A stretch of DNA of 64,000 nucleotides, from NCBI RefSeq assembly GCF_006345805.1, contig NW_021837042.1, forward strand, positions 1 through 64,000, written 5' to 3'. The notes under the pieces are model-generated. The model was not told where the DNA came from, ran no database searches, and saw nothing but the letters and a program-made list of their open reading frames with translations. The stretch is from Octopus sinensis. Its lineage: Eukaryota. The translations under genes and the position numbers were made by a program. Below are positions 23,799 to 36,708 of this stretch, piece by piece; position 1 is the first letter of the stretch; each line of letters opens with the position of its first letter.

Positions 23799-24643
23799 TC
23801 TTTATATATAAAAGAAAGGTTGTGTGTCTGTCTACTCCGATTTAGATTCCTAACTACTCCCACATTTTGCGATGCAGTTTAACCAAAACCGGGTATCTTA
23901 TAGTCGTGATTCATATCGAGCCCTTCTGGGTATTAGTGCGCGTCTATGATGAGTCTACGATTTTAAAAATAATTTACCATCATTTTTTTCCATTTTAATG
24001 CATATTTTTTTTAATAAAGGGAAGTAACACTCAAACTTCACACCAATATGCGTGCTCATATGCGACGTAATATCACATCAGCAGCATTTCCTCACACCCT
24101 CCTTGCACTTGGCGATGGCAAAATACCAGAGTATGAAAATGGTAATATTGCCATCGATTCCATTTGTACCATTGTTAAGACGCCTCCTGATCTCAGAGAT
24201 GCAGTGTTCCAAGATCTACAAGCTAATTATCAGAATATGGATTGGATTGGCAAAAAGGCTATACCGGCCCCGAGGAATAAAACTGTTCACCATATTAATG
24301 ATGAAATGCTAAAACTCATTCCTGGGGAAGTCTATGTATATCAGTCTATCGATACAACTCCTGACCCAGAGGACGTCATCAACTATCCAATAGAGGTACT
24401 CAATTCCTTTGAGCACCCCGGACTACCACCACACTTTCTCAAACTTAAAGTTGGTGCCCCTATAATGCTCATCAGAAATTTGGTTCCCCCAAAACAATGC
24501 AATGGCACACGTTTGATCGTTAAGTCCTTATCTCCCACCGTAAACTTATATCAATATTTGCCTGAATAATCATCATAATTCAGTGCAATCATTAACAGTA
24601 CTTTCAAGTAATTCAGCCCCGAGCAACGCCGGGCAATTCTGCT

Positions 24644-24646
<3 letters not shown>
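23799..24646 (+). mobile_element. Helitron H1 copy carrying a helicase fragment
   Basis: H1 5' end, PIF1-type ORF, hairpin cccgagcaacgccggg + cttgt end. Confidence 0.85.
24048..24569 (+). pseudogene. Helitron RepHel PIF1-like helicase fragment
   Basis: LLALGDG..KAIPAPRN..VHHIN..YQSID..YPIEVLNS..PGLPPHFLKLKVGAPIMLIRNL..CNGTRLIV are hallmark Helitron helicase motifs. Confidence 0.9.
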
Positions 24647-24698
<52 letters not shown>

Positions 24699-25585
24699 CT
24701 GAAGTTGTCTGGATATATGTATGTATGTATGTGTGTGTGTGTATACGTATGTATGTGTAGAGACCTCTTTTGGCTCCACCTGAGTTTTGAAACTGAATGG
24801 GTAAATTTCCCCCTAACTATAGAGCCTTATTGTTCTGTTGAGGAACAATGTTGTTTTATTCAACCGATGGCCTTCCAAACATTTGATTGGTGTATTTTCC
24901 TCTTGACCCATAACCCTTCTAGTTTGTAAAGGGTTTAAATAAATAATATAAGGGATCTTTACCCTTTCAACGGCAGATCGAGAAATATATTTTTTGTAAC
25001 TAAACACTTTCAACCTTCGGACACTAACGCTAACCCTAATGTGTCCTATAAAACATATTTTACTTTTAATGTTACTCTTGACCGCGGCCATGCTGGAGCA
25101 TCGCCTTTAATCGAGCAACTCGACCCCGGGACTTATTCTTTTTGTAAGCCCAGTACTTATTCTATCCTTAGCCAATCATATTGTCTGTTTTCATTTGAAA
25201 TTATTAGCTGCATAGTGTTAATGTGACGTAGATAGCTATTTTGTGAGTGGGTAAGCAGTAAGCAAACAGCTGTGGTAGATGTGGTTATCATGGCAGTGGT
25301 GGTAGTGGTGACAGTGGATGTGTATGATGGCAGCAATTATAGTGTTGGTGTTTTTGTAGAGGTGGTGGTGGTGGCGGCAGTGGATGATGATGATAATGAT
25401 GATGATAGTAGTAGTAGTAGCATTGATTATGTTAGGATGTCTCATGGATGGTAGTGTTGGTGTGTGTGTGTGTGTGTATGTATGGATCAAAACAGTTTGA
25501 TTCAAATTCTGTGGGTCTTATATATTCATACATACATATACATGTAGATGTATATAACATATATATATTGTATGTAAACATCTTT

Positions 25586-25618
<33 letters not shown>

Positions 25619-25692
25619 ATGTATGCATCTATAATACACACACATTATAAATATACACATATATGCATATGCATTAGAATATGTGTGTATAG

Positions 25693-25733
<41 letters not shown>

Positions 25734-25764
25734 TATGTTTGTATACATGTGTGTGTAGCTATTT

Positions 25765-26099
25765 AGGATCTACACAAATTTTATATATACTCCACGAAGT
25801 TTATAAGCGGAGATGTTTACATTTTAGTTAGCTATTTACATGTTTACGTTAACTACGTCACAAAATAGCTGTTTACGTCACAGTAACAATATTTTGAGAA
25901 GCAGTAAATAATATGAGGTCGAAAGAAAGAATATCATTGGTTAAAATTCGAATTATTAAACAACGTTAAACTTAGAAATTACAATTCCGTTTTCATTTTG
26001 GGTTACAATTATGTTTTCGTTTGACACATTCTACCAGTATACGAAGTTTCAAATTGTTTAGTTAACTAGGAAAATCTGGCCTTCAAAATGAAAAGATCC
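25765..26099 (-). mobile_element. ggatcttttca-TIR MITE copy
   Basis: Reverse complement of 11445-11710, plus a degenerate opposite end (aggatct at about 25765). Confidence 0.8.
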
Positions 26100-26100
26100 A

Positions 26101-26251
26101 GGATTTCAGTTTCCGTCTACCAAATCCGCTCACAAGGCTTTGGTTGGCCCGAGGCCATAGTAGAAGACACTTGCCCGAGGTGCCACGCAGTGGGACTGAA
26201 CCCGGAACCATGTGGTTGGGAAGCATGCTTCTTGCCACACAGCTACGCCTG
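26101..26251 (-). mobile_element. SINE-A head half
   Basis: Matches the SINE-A 5' half. Confidence 0.85.
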
Positions 26252-26389
26252 TGTAAAAAAAAAAAAACAGAACAAGGCATAGTGGTTACGGCTGGAACGC
26301 CACTCGATCAGAGGAGATCTGTTTGATTGAAACTAATCTGGATGTTTACTCGTCAACACAAGAATAATCAGCGCCATAACTAGTACAAC

Positions 26390-26655
26390 CATTAACACCA
26401 CCACCACCACTACCTCCACCACCACCCCCGCCGCCGCCGCTACCACCACCACCACCACCAACACCACCAACATCACCAACACCACCACCACCACCACCAC
26501 CACCACCACCACCAACACCACCACCACTACCACCACCACCACTACCTCCACCACCGTCGCCGCCGCCGCCACCACCACCACTACCACCATAACCACCACC
26601 ACCACCAACACCACCACCACCACCACCAACACCAGCACCACCAGCACCACCACCG
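26390..26655. repeat. Imperfect (ACC)n trinucleotide repeat
   Basis: Directly visible; a similar tract lies at 58960-59230. Confidence 0.95.
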
Positions 26656-26981
26656 TTTGTATCACTAATCACCATCGACGACCCCGTCCCCCCCACTGCC
26701 TCGTCAACGACTACACTTTCCCCACCGCCGTCTATTCCCCAAAGTAAAGCTCAAACAATACTAGTTTCACCTCGACTTAATTGTTTAATAGTTTCAACCT
26801 TGATGTCTAGACACGTTTCAAATGTAAATACTAGAATATTCTAAAGCTATCAAAGTCAATTTTCACGCTCACTTTAAATTAATTCCAAGTTTGGTTGCTT
26901 TGGTTTTGTCTAGCTTAGAGCGCGCGCGCGCCTGTTGCGTAGTGTGCGAATGTTTGTGGACACGTATATACCTACATATAT

Positions 26982-27521
26982 GGCGGCGAGCTGGCAGAAA
27001 CGTTAGCGCGCCGGGTGAAATGATTAGTGGTATTTCGTCTGTCGTTATGTTCTGAGTTCCAATTCCGCCGAGGTCGACTTTGCCTTTCATCCTTTCAGGG
27101 TCGATAAATTAAGTACCAGTTACACACTGGAGTCGATGTAATCGACTTAATACCTACGTCTGTCCTTGTTTGTCCCCTCTGTGTTTAGCCCCTTGTGGGT
27201 AATAAAGAAATAGGTATTTCGTCTGTCGTTATGTTCTGAGTTCCAATTCCGCCGAGGTCGACTTTGCCTTTCATCCTTTCAGGGTCGATAAATTAAGTAC
27301 CAGTTACGCACTGGGGTCGATGTAATCGACTTAATCCGTTTGTCTGTCGTTGTTTGTCCCCTCTGTGTATAGCCCATTGTGGGTAGTAAAGAAATAGGTA
27401 TTTCGTCTGTCGTTATGTTCTGAGTTCCAATTCCGCCGAGGTCGACTTTGCTTTTCATCCTTTCGGGGTCGATAAATTAAGTACCAGTTACGCACTGGGT
27501 TCGATCATTAGTAAAGAAATA
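26982..27521 (+). mobile_element. SINE-B multimer (head + three body units)
   Basis: gaaata|ggtatttcg junctions near 27211 and 27397; the last unit has an internal deletion. Confidence 0.9.
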
Positions 27522-27539
27522 TATATGTAGGTATATACA

Positions 27540-27770
27540 TTTCTTTATACTGCCCACAAGGAGCAAAACATAGAGGGGACAAAGAAGGACAGACAAAGGG
27601 ATTAAGTCGATTACATCGACCCCAGTGCGTAACTGGTACTTAATTTATCGACCCCGAAAGGATGAAAGGCAAATTCGACCTCGTCGGAATTTGAACTCAG
27701 AACGTAACGGCAGACGAAATACGGCTACGCATTTCGCCCGGCGTGCTACCGTTTCTGCCAGCTCGCCGCC
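27540..27770 (-). mobile_element. SINE-B monomer
   Basis: Full head, body and tail 1 on the minus strand; a diverged plus copy follows at 27845-28030. Confidence 0.9.
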
Positions 27771-27790
27771 TTGTATATGCCTACATATAA

Positions 27791-27821
<31 letters not shown>

Positions 27822-28316
27822 CTAAATCGCAACAAAAGATGCTCCAGTCTGGCAGAATCGTTATCTTGCCAGACAAAACGCTCAGCGGCATTTCTTACGA
27901 CTTTACGTTCGAAGTTCGAATTCCGCCGTGATCGACTTTGCTTTTGATCCTTTAGGAATCGGTAAAATAATTACCAGTTAAGCATTTGTGGTCGATGTAA
28001 TTAACTAGACTCCTTCCCACAAAACTTCAAGCTTTTCTTAGAAAATCCCTTTATTTCTAATTTATTTTTTCTGTTTGCAAATCCGTGGTTACCGTATCTT
28101 CGATGATAGATAGATAGATAACTTTCTTTATTGTCCATACATGGCTGAACACAGAGGGGACAAATACAAATGTAGAACTTTTCTTTTCGAAGATGAAAAA
28201 GATAAAGGAAAAAAGAAAGGAAACAAATGTAAAATTCCGACCAAAAGGGATCAGAGTAAAAAGATGATCAAAAGGATCGTGTATCACAGAAAGAAATTTT
28301 ATTTTTTTTCTTTCTG

Positions 28317-28353
<37 letters not shown>

Positions 28354-28366
28354 TACATACACACAC

Positions 28367-28441
<75 letters not shown>

Positions 28442-28447
<6 letters not shown>

Positions 28448-28759
28448 AGGGAAGAAATGGAGCCGAACGAAGATTCTACAAAATTCCTTTTTATTATTTT
28501 CTACACATGTTTCAAAGGCTGCAAATTCCCAAATTCGGATTGAATAAGGAGACCATTCTGCAGCTTTCTCTTCAGGAAAATCCAGGAATTTAAAATCTCA
28601 AAACAAATGCGCAGCAAGCTTTTCGAACAAAACGCTCCCTAGGAGCCCATGGTAAAAAAAATCCGAATTTGGGAATTTGCAGCCTTTGAAACATGTGTAG
28701 AAAATAATAAAAAGGAATTTTGTAGAATCTTCGTTCGGCTCCATTTCTTCCCTTCACTA
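28442..28759. mobile_element. Fold-back element with identical 100-bp arms (PLE-like family F4)
   Basis: 28442-28541 is the exact reverse complement of 28660-28759; (TA)n lies on the left. Confidence 0.9.
28496..28581 (-). ncRNA. Type I hammerhead ribozyme motif with canonical core and long stem II
   Basis: attttc-CTGAAGA-g-aaagctgca...tgcagccttt-GAA-AC(atgt)GT-A-gaaaat; 6-bp helix I. Confidence 0.75.
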
Positions 28760-28923
28760 AATATATAAAACTTCAATTATCCGCGCTAAAGCACGGGGGC
28801 GAAACCCCATGGTCGTAACCTCAACCGTGTATTTTCTGGTGTGATTTTTGCTACACAGGTATCGGTTAAATTTTGAATAATCCGTAACAAGATAATTCAT
28901 TTATCCATTTCATTAAATATATA

Positions 28924-28956
<33 letters not shown>

Positions 28957-28989
28957 GATAGATATAGATAGATAGATAGATAGATAGAC

Positions 28990-29034
<45 letters not shown>

Positions 29035-29148
29035 CAAATATATGAATGTATGTATGTATGTATGTATGTATGTATGTATGCATATTTGTATGTGCCTGCG
29101 TGCTTATGCATGTGTGTGTTAGTGTGCGTGCTTATGTATGACTGTATG

Positions 29149-29187
<39 letters not shown>

Positions 29188-29449
29188 ATGTATGTATGTA
29201 TGTATGAGTGTGTTCATGCATGCATGCTTGCGTATGTACGGATGTTCAGATGTGTGTGCGTGCATGTGTATGTATGCATTTATGTTTACACTGCTACGCT
29301 GTGACCTTAAATGTCCTGTAACTTAGCCGTTCAATAAATAATGATCGACAAAATAAGTACCAAAGTAGCAGCCTGTCGTATTAAAAAAAACATGAAGAAT
29401 ATATTTCTTAGTGTTGGACGCACAGACTGTCTAGTATTCTAGAACTCAA

Positions 29450-29660
29450 CGAGCCGGTTACCCGGTTTCCATAACCTATAAAGGGGACCAATATCCCAAT
29501 AGTACTCGTGAATGGGACCCCAGTTCATCGCAAGGTTTACCATTTACAAGCTGTGTATGGATTCCAGAAATGTGATATGAGGTGTTTTGCTCAAGAAAAT
29601 AAAACACTATCTTGTCCGAGAATCGAAACCATGGTCTTGCAATCGTGTTACAGCTTAAAC
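29450..29660 (-). mobile_element. SINE-C, diverged
   Basis: ttttgctcaagaaaa..gagaatcgaaaccat similar to 6091-6341. Confidence 0.6.
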
Positions 29661-29699
29661 AAATCAGATCACTTCTTATAGAGGAGTAACCTATAATTA

Positions 29700-30236
29700 A
29701 GTGCTTTCAAATTTTGGCACAAGGCCAGCAGTTTAGAGGATGGGTAAGTCGATTATATCGACCCCAGTTTTTTCTTTTTTGAGATATTCAGCAACAGTAC
29801 TTTGTAGTAAAGATTGTTTGCCAGCATAACATGGCAGTCCTGGTTTAGGATGAATGTTGCTGTAATTTAGCCCCAGGCGACATCGTCTCCAGTTGGCTAT
29901 ACGACATGATCTGTGTCCTTATATTTTCGAACAAGGGAATCTAGCACCCCCACTCAGCTCAAAACAATATCTGTGTGTCGCGATTTCTGGTTTATTTCTC
30001 TTCATCAGCACAGAATAATTGCTCGGCTAGATCTAAACCAGGACGGCCATGTTATGTTGCAACCAGGACAGCATGTTATGCTGGCAAACAATCTTTACTA
30101 CATAGACCCCAGCATTCAACTGGTACTTATTTTGTCGACTCCGAAAGGAGGAAAAGCAAAATCAATCCCGGCGGAATATGAACTCAGACGCAAAGACGGG
30201 ACGAAATGTCGCTAAGCATTTTGCCCAGCGTGCCGC
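29700..30236 (-). mobile_element. SINE-B interrupted by the fold-back MITE at 29781-30102
   Basis: SINE-B tail 2 at 29700-29768 and body/head at 30103-30236, with gaccccag on both sides of the insert. Confidence 0.75.
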
Positions 30237-30771
30237 CTTAAAGATTAAGCAATAATGGTCTCGGATCTATTCCATCTCAATCACAGATTTTTTAATTAAT
30301 TTTTCTTTTAATTAAACAGTTTGAAACTTCGAATACTGGTAGAATTTCTCACTTAGAACACGGTTTACTCTGAACATTTTTGACAAAATTTCTTATTTTA
30401 GAAGTTATTTTGTGTTAAAGTTGTCGTATTTGGGTAATGTCAACCAATCAACGACATGTATTCAGTTGAAGAAAGCTACTGCTGCTTGTGATAGTAATCG
30501 AAGAGGAACAACTTCCGGGTCATCTCTGCTAAATGTCACCACTTTGTTCGATAAATCAACACCATAGAGCAACGAGTCCGCAGCTAGCGTTTTTGTTGTT
30601 GACGTATATTTAGTTTCAAAATGCCTTATTTTACAACTATGAGATGTGTTGTTATTGTCATGATCTTATCTTACTATAATCAACAACAAACACATTTCGC
30701 CAATATAAAAGTCTTTATTAGATAAAAAAAAATAATATTATCAAAACATTGAAGGTAAAACGAAACAAATA

Positions 30772-30798
30772 GCGGCTTATACACCGGGAAATACGGTA
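30772..30798. mobile_element. pogo/Tc2-type TIR end
   Basis: cggcttatacaccgggaaatacgg+TA, similar to the ends of 40298-40459. Confidence 0.5.
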
Positions 30799-31625
30799 AT
30801 TGTATGTGGCAGTGACAAGTTCGCTCGCTGGTTGCTAGTTGATGGTGTAAAAGGGAGGGAAAGAATAAGGAATGCACGGTGCTGACTAGGATGGAAGAAA
30901 AGATGAAGGTGACATCGTCTTCGCTTGCCATATGAATAGAATAGAGTGGTGACATTTAGTAGAGATGAAATCCATGGTCTCTAATTTAGACCAAAAATCA
31001 ACAATATTAAGAAGAGCCGATTCGTCGTAAAAATCGATCTTAGAACTTAAGTGACTCGCTATTTTTATAAACACCGAAAGGATGGAAATTTAAGCCGAAC
31101 CTAATAAATAAACAACTGCTCCAACAGATCATGAGTGAGTGCGCGCATGTGTTTAGAGACAAATTCTTTTATGTATTGCATAATACATATTTATACAGGG
31201 TCAAGGTTTCACCAACTGACCGGGGCACACGAAAACCCAAATAACGCTGAGGGCAGAGATGAAAGCAATCACAAGACTTTGCACTTAGTATAGAGGATTT
31301 CGAAGATTTAGATCTTGACAGATATTTTTTAAGAAAGGGAGAGAAAGAGAATGTTTTAATGTTAAGTTTGCTCGTGTATATTTTAATGTTTTGCCTGTTA
31401 TTTCTAGCAACTCCTGTTGGTTTGTTTACTGTAGCTAATGCCCCATACCCTGATGATGGAAGAGGCAGCGAACGCGCTGTTTTCTGATTGGCTGAAAATT
31501 CCGAAAATTATCAAACTGTGAACTTCTATAACATTTTTGCAAAATTTTTCTGGAATAAATAAATTACAATTTCGGATTCAGTGGCAAAAAATCATATCTA
31601 TATTACACATTAAAATTTTTTTGGG

Positions 31626-32015
31626 TGTTTGGTAAGTAGCTTGCTTACCAACCACATGGTTCCAGGTTCAGTCCCACTGCGTGGCACTTTGGGCAAGTGT
31701 CTTCTACTATAGACTCGGGCCGACCAAAGCGTTGTGAGTGGATTTGGTAGACGGAAACTGAAAGAAGCCAGTCGTATATATGTATATATATGTATATGTA
31801 TGTGTGTGTGTGTCTGATTTTGTCCTCTCAGCATCGCTTGACAACCGATGGTGGTGTGTATACGTCCCCGTAACTTAGCGGTTCAGCAAAACAGACCGAT
31901 AGAATAAGTACTAGGCTTACAAACAATAAGTTCTGGGCACGATTTGCTCGACTAAAGGCTGTGCTCCAGCATGGCCGCAGTCAAATGACTGAAACAAGTA
32001 AAAGAGTAAAAGAGT
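31626..32015 (+). mobile_element. SINE-A
   Basis: Near full length. Confidence 0.9.
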
Positions 32016-32814
32016 AAAATTGTAAACACTTACGAAAACCAGAAAGATCCAGATAACGGAATACAGTACAAGAGTGAGAAGGGTTAACTCGGTGCAAAGG
32101 GACGTGGCTGTTGTTTGGCCCCGAGTCAGCTTTGATCGAACAGACATATGATCAAAGGTAGTCTAGCTATGACCATTCCTGTTTTCTTTTAAGTACAGGA
32201 AACCCATGTCAAATTATCTAAAGTGTCCTTATCGAAGACGGTGGGGTACTCGTAATAGAGAGTTAATAAGTAAAGCGACGAAGTGGGAAAGGACAATAAT
32301 GAGTTCTACAGAGCTTAGAAGAGCAGTCGCAGGCGAAGTGGTCCACAACGGTTACGACAATGCATTTAGGGAGTGTTGGGAGAATATAAACACATGTACA
32401 CACACACACGCACACACGCACACACACATACACACATAAGCACACACATACACACACATACATAATACACAAATACACATACACACATACACACACATAC
32501 ACATACACAAACATAAGCACACACATACACACACATACATAATACACAAATAGACACACATAAGCACACACATACACACACATACATAATACACAAATAC
32601 ACATACATAATACACAAATACACATACATAATACACAAATACACATACACACACATACACATACACAAACATAAGCACACACATACACACACATACATAA
32701 TACACAAATACACACACACACATACACACACATACACACACATACATAATACACAAATACACATACACGCACATACACATACACACATGTGTGTGTGTAG
32801 ATATGTATGTCTTT

Positions 32815-33228
32815 TTTTTATCTCTTTCACATGTTTCAGTCATTTGACTGCGGCCTTGCTGGGGCACCACCTTGAAGAGATTTTAGTCGAATCAATTGAT
32901 TTCCCAGTAATTTAATTTTTTTCAAGCCAGGGACTTATTTTATCGGTCAAATTTGCCGAACCGCTAGATTTCAACTAATACTGGTTGTTAAGCGATGGTG
33001 GTGGTGGGGTGGACGAACACAGACACAAAGACGCTCGCGCACGCGCACACACACATACACACATATAAGGGGCTTCTTTGAGTTTCTACCTGCCAAATCC
33101 ACTCACAAGGTTTTGGTCGGCCCGAGGCTATAATAGAAGACACTCACCGAAGGTGCCACGCAGTGGGACTGAACCCGGAATCATGTAGTCGGGAAGCAAG
33201 CTTCTTACCACACATCCACGGTTGCGCC
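32815..33228 (-). mobile_element. SINE-A
   Basis: Near full length, diverged. Confidence 0.85.
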
Positions 33229-33316
33229 TATTTGTATGTATGTATGTATGTATGTATCTACCTATCTATCTACCTATCTCTTTCTCTCTCTCTCTGTCTA
33301 TCTATCTCTTTCTTTT

Positions 33317-33347
<31 letters not shown>

Positions 33348-33362
33348 CTTTCTCTCTCTGTA

Positions 33363-33459
<97 letters not shown>

Positions 33460-33481
33460 GTCTGTCTATTTGTCTCTATGT

Positions 33482-33522
<41 letters not shown>

Positions 33523-33922
33523 TCTGTCTGTTTCTGTGCGCGCGCGTGTGTGTATTAACATTTTGCAAAGAAAAGGATGATGGTGACTTCAAAGTATCGG
33601 GTTTGCTCGTCCTTATCAGACAGTCTCATGGATGCGCGGATGTCAAAACTACGAAGTTGATATTAACTTTTTCCCTCTCAAGATTTTATATGTATATCCC
33701 CGAAAAATATTGAGAAATCCAGCGAGTTAATGTCATGTTGTTTTTGCATATAATTTGACATAGAGAATTACACTCCACACACACACACACATGAAATTTC
33801 AATCCTTACGTCATAGCCTGACTACAAAACTCCAAATATACGCAACCGAGCGAGCTGTGAATCGGAGTATGGCAGTTTAATGTAGCATAGACACGGAACT
33901 CTAATTCTTATGACAACGTGTC

Positions 33923-33990
<68 letters not shown>

Positions 33991-34125
33991 CAATAAAAAA
34001 GTGGGGTGTATCAATAAGTGGTTCATCATCTTTTAGACATTATAGTATGTCTATTTATTTATTTATTTACTAAAAGGACAATTACAAGAATATACATACA
34101 TGTATAACATATTATGCTTTACATA

Positions 34126-34639
34126 TCTATATATATAAAACTGTAGTTGTGTGAGTGTCTGTCTCCTACAATTTAGATTCCTAACTCCTCCCACATTTTG
34201 CGGTACAGTTTAACCAAATTCGGGTATCTTATAGTCGTGATTCATATCGAGCCCGTCTGAGTATTAGCACGCGTCTACGATGAGTCTACGATTTTAAAAA
34301 TAAATTAAACTTCATTTTTTATTCCATTTTAATGCATAATTTTTCGTGTGTCGATGGCGGCGGAGTTGGCGTCCATGGTCACACCTGCACCTGTTTGCTT
34401 CTCCCCCTTCTTCCCTCCCTCGTGAAGCTGTGGGGAAGGGAGTGTAAGAAAATCAACGTCGTAAAGCGTTGTCAAGGAGACCAGCGTTCTTTTAGAACAA
34501 CGACTTCATGGCTTGAAGACACCAAAACAGAAATGGCTAAGAAAGCTCGAATTGGCATCTATAAGGGAAGTAACTCTCTAAAAATGCTTATATAGTTATT
34601 TCCCTTACAAATCCGAGCAACGCCGGGCGATACTGCTAG
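34126..34639 (+). mobile_element. Helitron H1 copy
   Basis: A|TCtatatatataaaa start and cgccgggcgatactgCTAG|T end; canonical A/T insertion site. Confidence 0.9.
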
Positions 34640-34740
34640 TAAAATATATAAAGATACCAGTAATTATTAAAATATAGATAGATATAGATATATAGATATA
34701 TACATACATAAATATATAAATATATACACAGATAGAAAGT

Positions 34741-34791
<51 letters not shown>

Positions 34792-35109
34792 TAAAGGGGA
34801 AGCGCACATATGTGTGTAAATGTACAAATATGTACACATATACATAAGGCAAGTAGGAGAAGAAAATTGCTTAGTAGGGAAGGATTGTATATTCGGAGAT
34901 GTAATGCATGGGAATGCGTGACTAAGTACGCGTGTGCACTTCACCACAAACGCTCACGAATATAAGAAATATGAAAGAACGAGGTTAAAGTTTATTTACA
35001 GGGAAAACGGGGGAGACGTCGCTTGTTTTTATGTGTACCGGTACGAGATTATCAGTGGTGTCTAGATGCTTTGAGAGGCGAAAGATGATCGGTAGAGTTG
35101 CTATTGTGG

Positions 35110-35290
35110 TGGCACGTGAATTAGTAATGGCTAGGATGTTGTACTCATGATTGTGCTTTCGATTCTTGGAGCGGACAATGCGTTATGTTCTTGAGCAAAA
35201 CACTTCATTTCACGTTATGCCAATCCACTCAGCCGGCAAAAATGAGTAATTCTATGGTGGACGGGCGTCCGTCTAGAGTTGGGGACACAG
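35110..35290 (+). mobile_element. SINE-C, diverged
   Basis: ttgagcaaaacacttcatttcacg..ccactcagccggcaaaaatgagt. Confidence 0.7.
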
Positions 35291-35915
35291 AATCCGGCCT
35301 TATGAGTGGGGAACGAAGAATTCAGATTTATGAGTCTATGGCTCGGAAGAGACCTTTGAATTTTTATTTTGTTTTCCAGAGCTGCTATTTAAAACAGATT
35401 AAATGACTGCATATATGTCATTTTCTTGTTGTTTAGTTCCAGATAAACAGTGAACAGAACTAGGATCAAAGGAGTTCCAGTTATGACCATTCTGCTTTTG
35501 CCAGACATAATATTTCTAGCTCCTTAGATATCTGTCTTTGAGATAATCCTCCACACTTTTGATATTTAGAAGAGCAAAGTTTAACTCCATGACATTTTGT
35601 TAAGATAGGACCTGTTGATTTTATAGATGTTATTTAAGCACCTGATCGTGGCAATAACAGAAAATCGAAGAGAATAGAGATTCGCCAAACTCTCCCCTGA
35701 TATTTACACCTTGTCTTTTAAAACAAACAAAATGGCAAAGGATACCATACTCAATCTTTAAAAAGAAAATAGAAATATTGACAGCTTATTTGGGAAACAT
35801 TCTATTTTCGTCAGAAAAGTGATTAAATTAATTGATGTAATTTTTCAAAATTTTATGTTGCTAATAAATATTTTTTTTCAAATACTTTGTAAAAAGTATT
35901 CCTAAAAAAGGTGAG

Positions 35916-36344
35916 TACTCTTTCACTCTTTTACTTGTATCAGCTATTTGACTGCGGCCACGCTGGAGTACCACCTTTAGACGAGCAAATCGACCCCGGG
36001 TGTTATTCTTTGTAAGCCTAATACTTATTCTATCGGTCTCTTTTGCCGAACCGCTAAGTGACGGGGACATAAACACACTAGCATCGGTTGTCAAGCAATG
36101 CTAGGGAGACAAACACAGACACACAAACACAGACACAGACACACACACACACACACACACACACCACACACACACACACATATACGTCGGGCTTCTTTCA
36201 GTTTCTGTCTACCAAATCCACTCACAAGGCTTTGGTCGGCCCGAGGCTATAGTAGAAGACACTTGCCCGACATGCCACGCAGTGGGACTGAACCCGGAAC
36301 CATGTGGTTGGTAATCAAGCTACTTACCACACAGCAACACCTGC
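35916..36344 (-). mobile_element. SINE-A, full length
   Basis: Head, body and tail all present. Confidence 0.9.
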
Positions 36345-36435
36345 TGTAGTTAATTATTATTCTTAAACTCTCAACTGCAAATTTAATGCCTTTCCAAATT
36401 TACCTCCTTTGCCGTAATTGGTTGACCTCATTGCT

Positions 36436-36708
36436 GTTGTTTGATCCTTTTTGAGCCATGCCTGGCTTCTCGGTTTCATTGGCGCATAGGTTCCCCACCT
36501 GGACGGAACGCCGGACCGTCGCAGGAGAAAAGAATGAGAGACAGCTGTGGCGAAGGGGTCAGCAGAAGTTCCCCATTACCTTCTTCCGGAGCCGTGTGGA
36601 GATTAGGCGTTTTGCTCATAAACAATCACATCGCCCGGTCTGAGATTCGAACCCAAGATCCATCAACCGCGAGATCGCTGCTCTAACCACTTGGCCATGT
36701 GCCTCCAC
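36436..36708 (-). mobile_element. tRNA-derived SINE family D (tail type 1)
   Basis: Head gtggaggcacatggccaagtggttagagcagcg..ggttcgaatctcagacc; same family as 37628-37931. A diverged SINE-B follows at 36705-36868. Confidence 0.8.

Noticed and set aside
11445-26099. Possible 14.7-kb composite transposon bounded by ~270-bp inverted copies
   Set aside because: The right copy has its own degenerate second end near 25765 and a short complete relative exists at 51314-51584, so these are two independent MITEs.
26333-26696. Gly-rich and Val-rich ORFs
   Set aside because: Products of an imperfect (ACC)n repeat with no splice or codon evidence.
31445-31480. CTGATGA after a PLE-like stretch
   Set aside because: The 3' half is absent, apparently replaced by MITE sequence.
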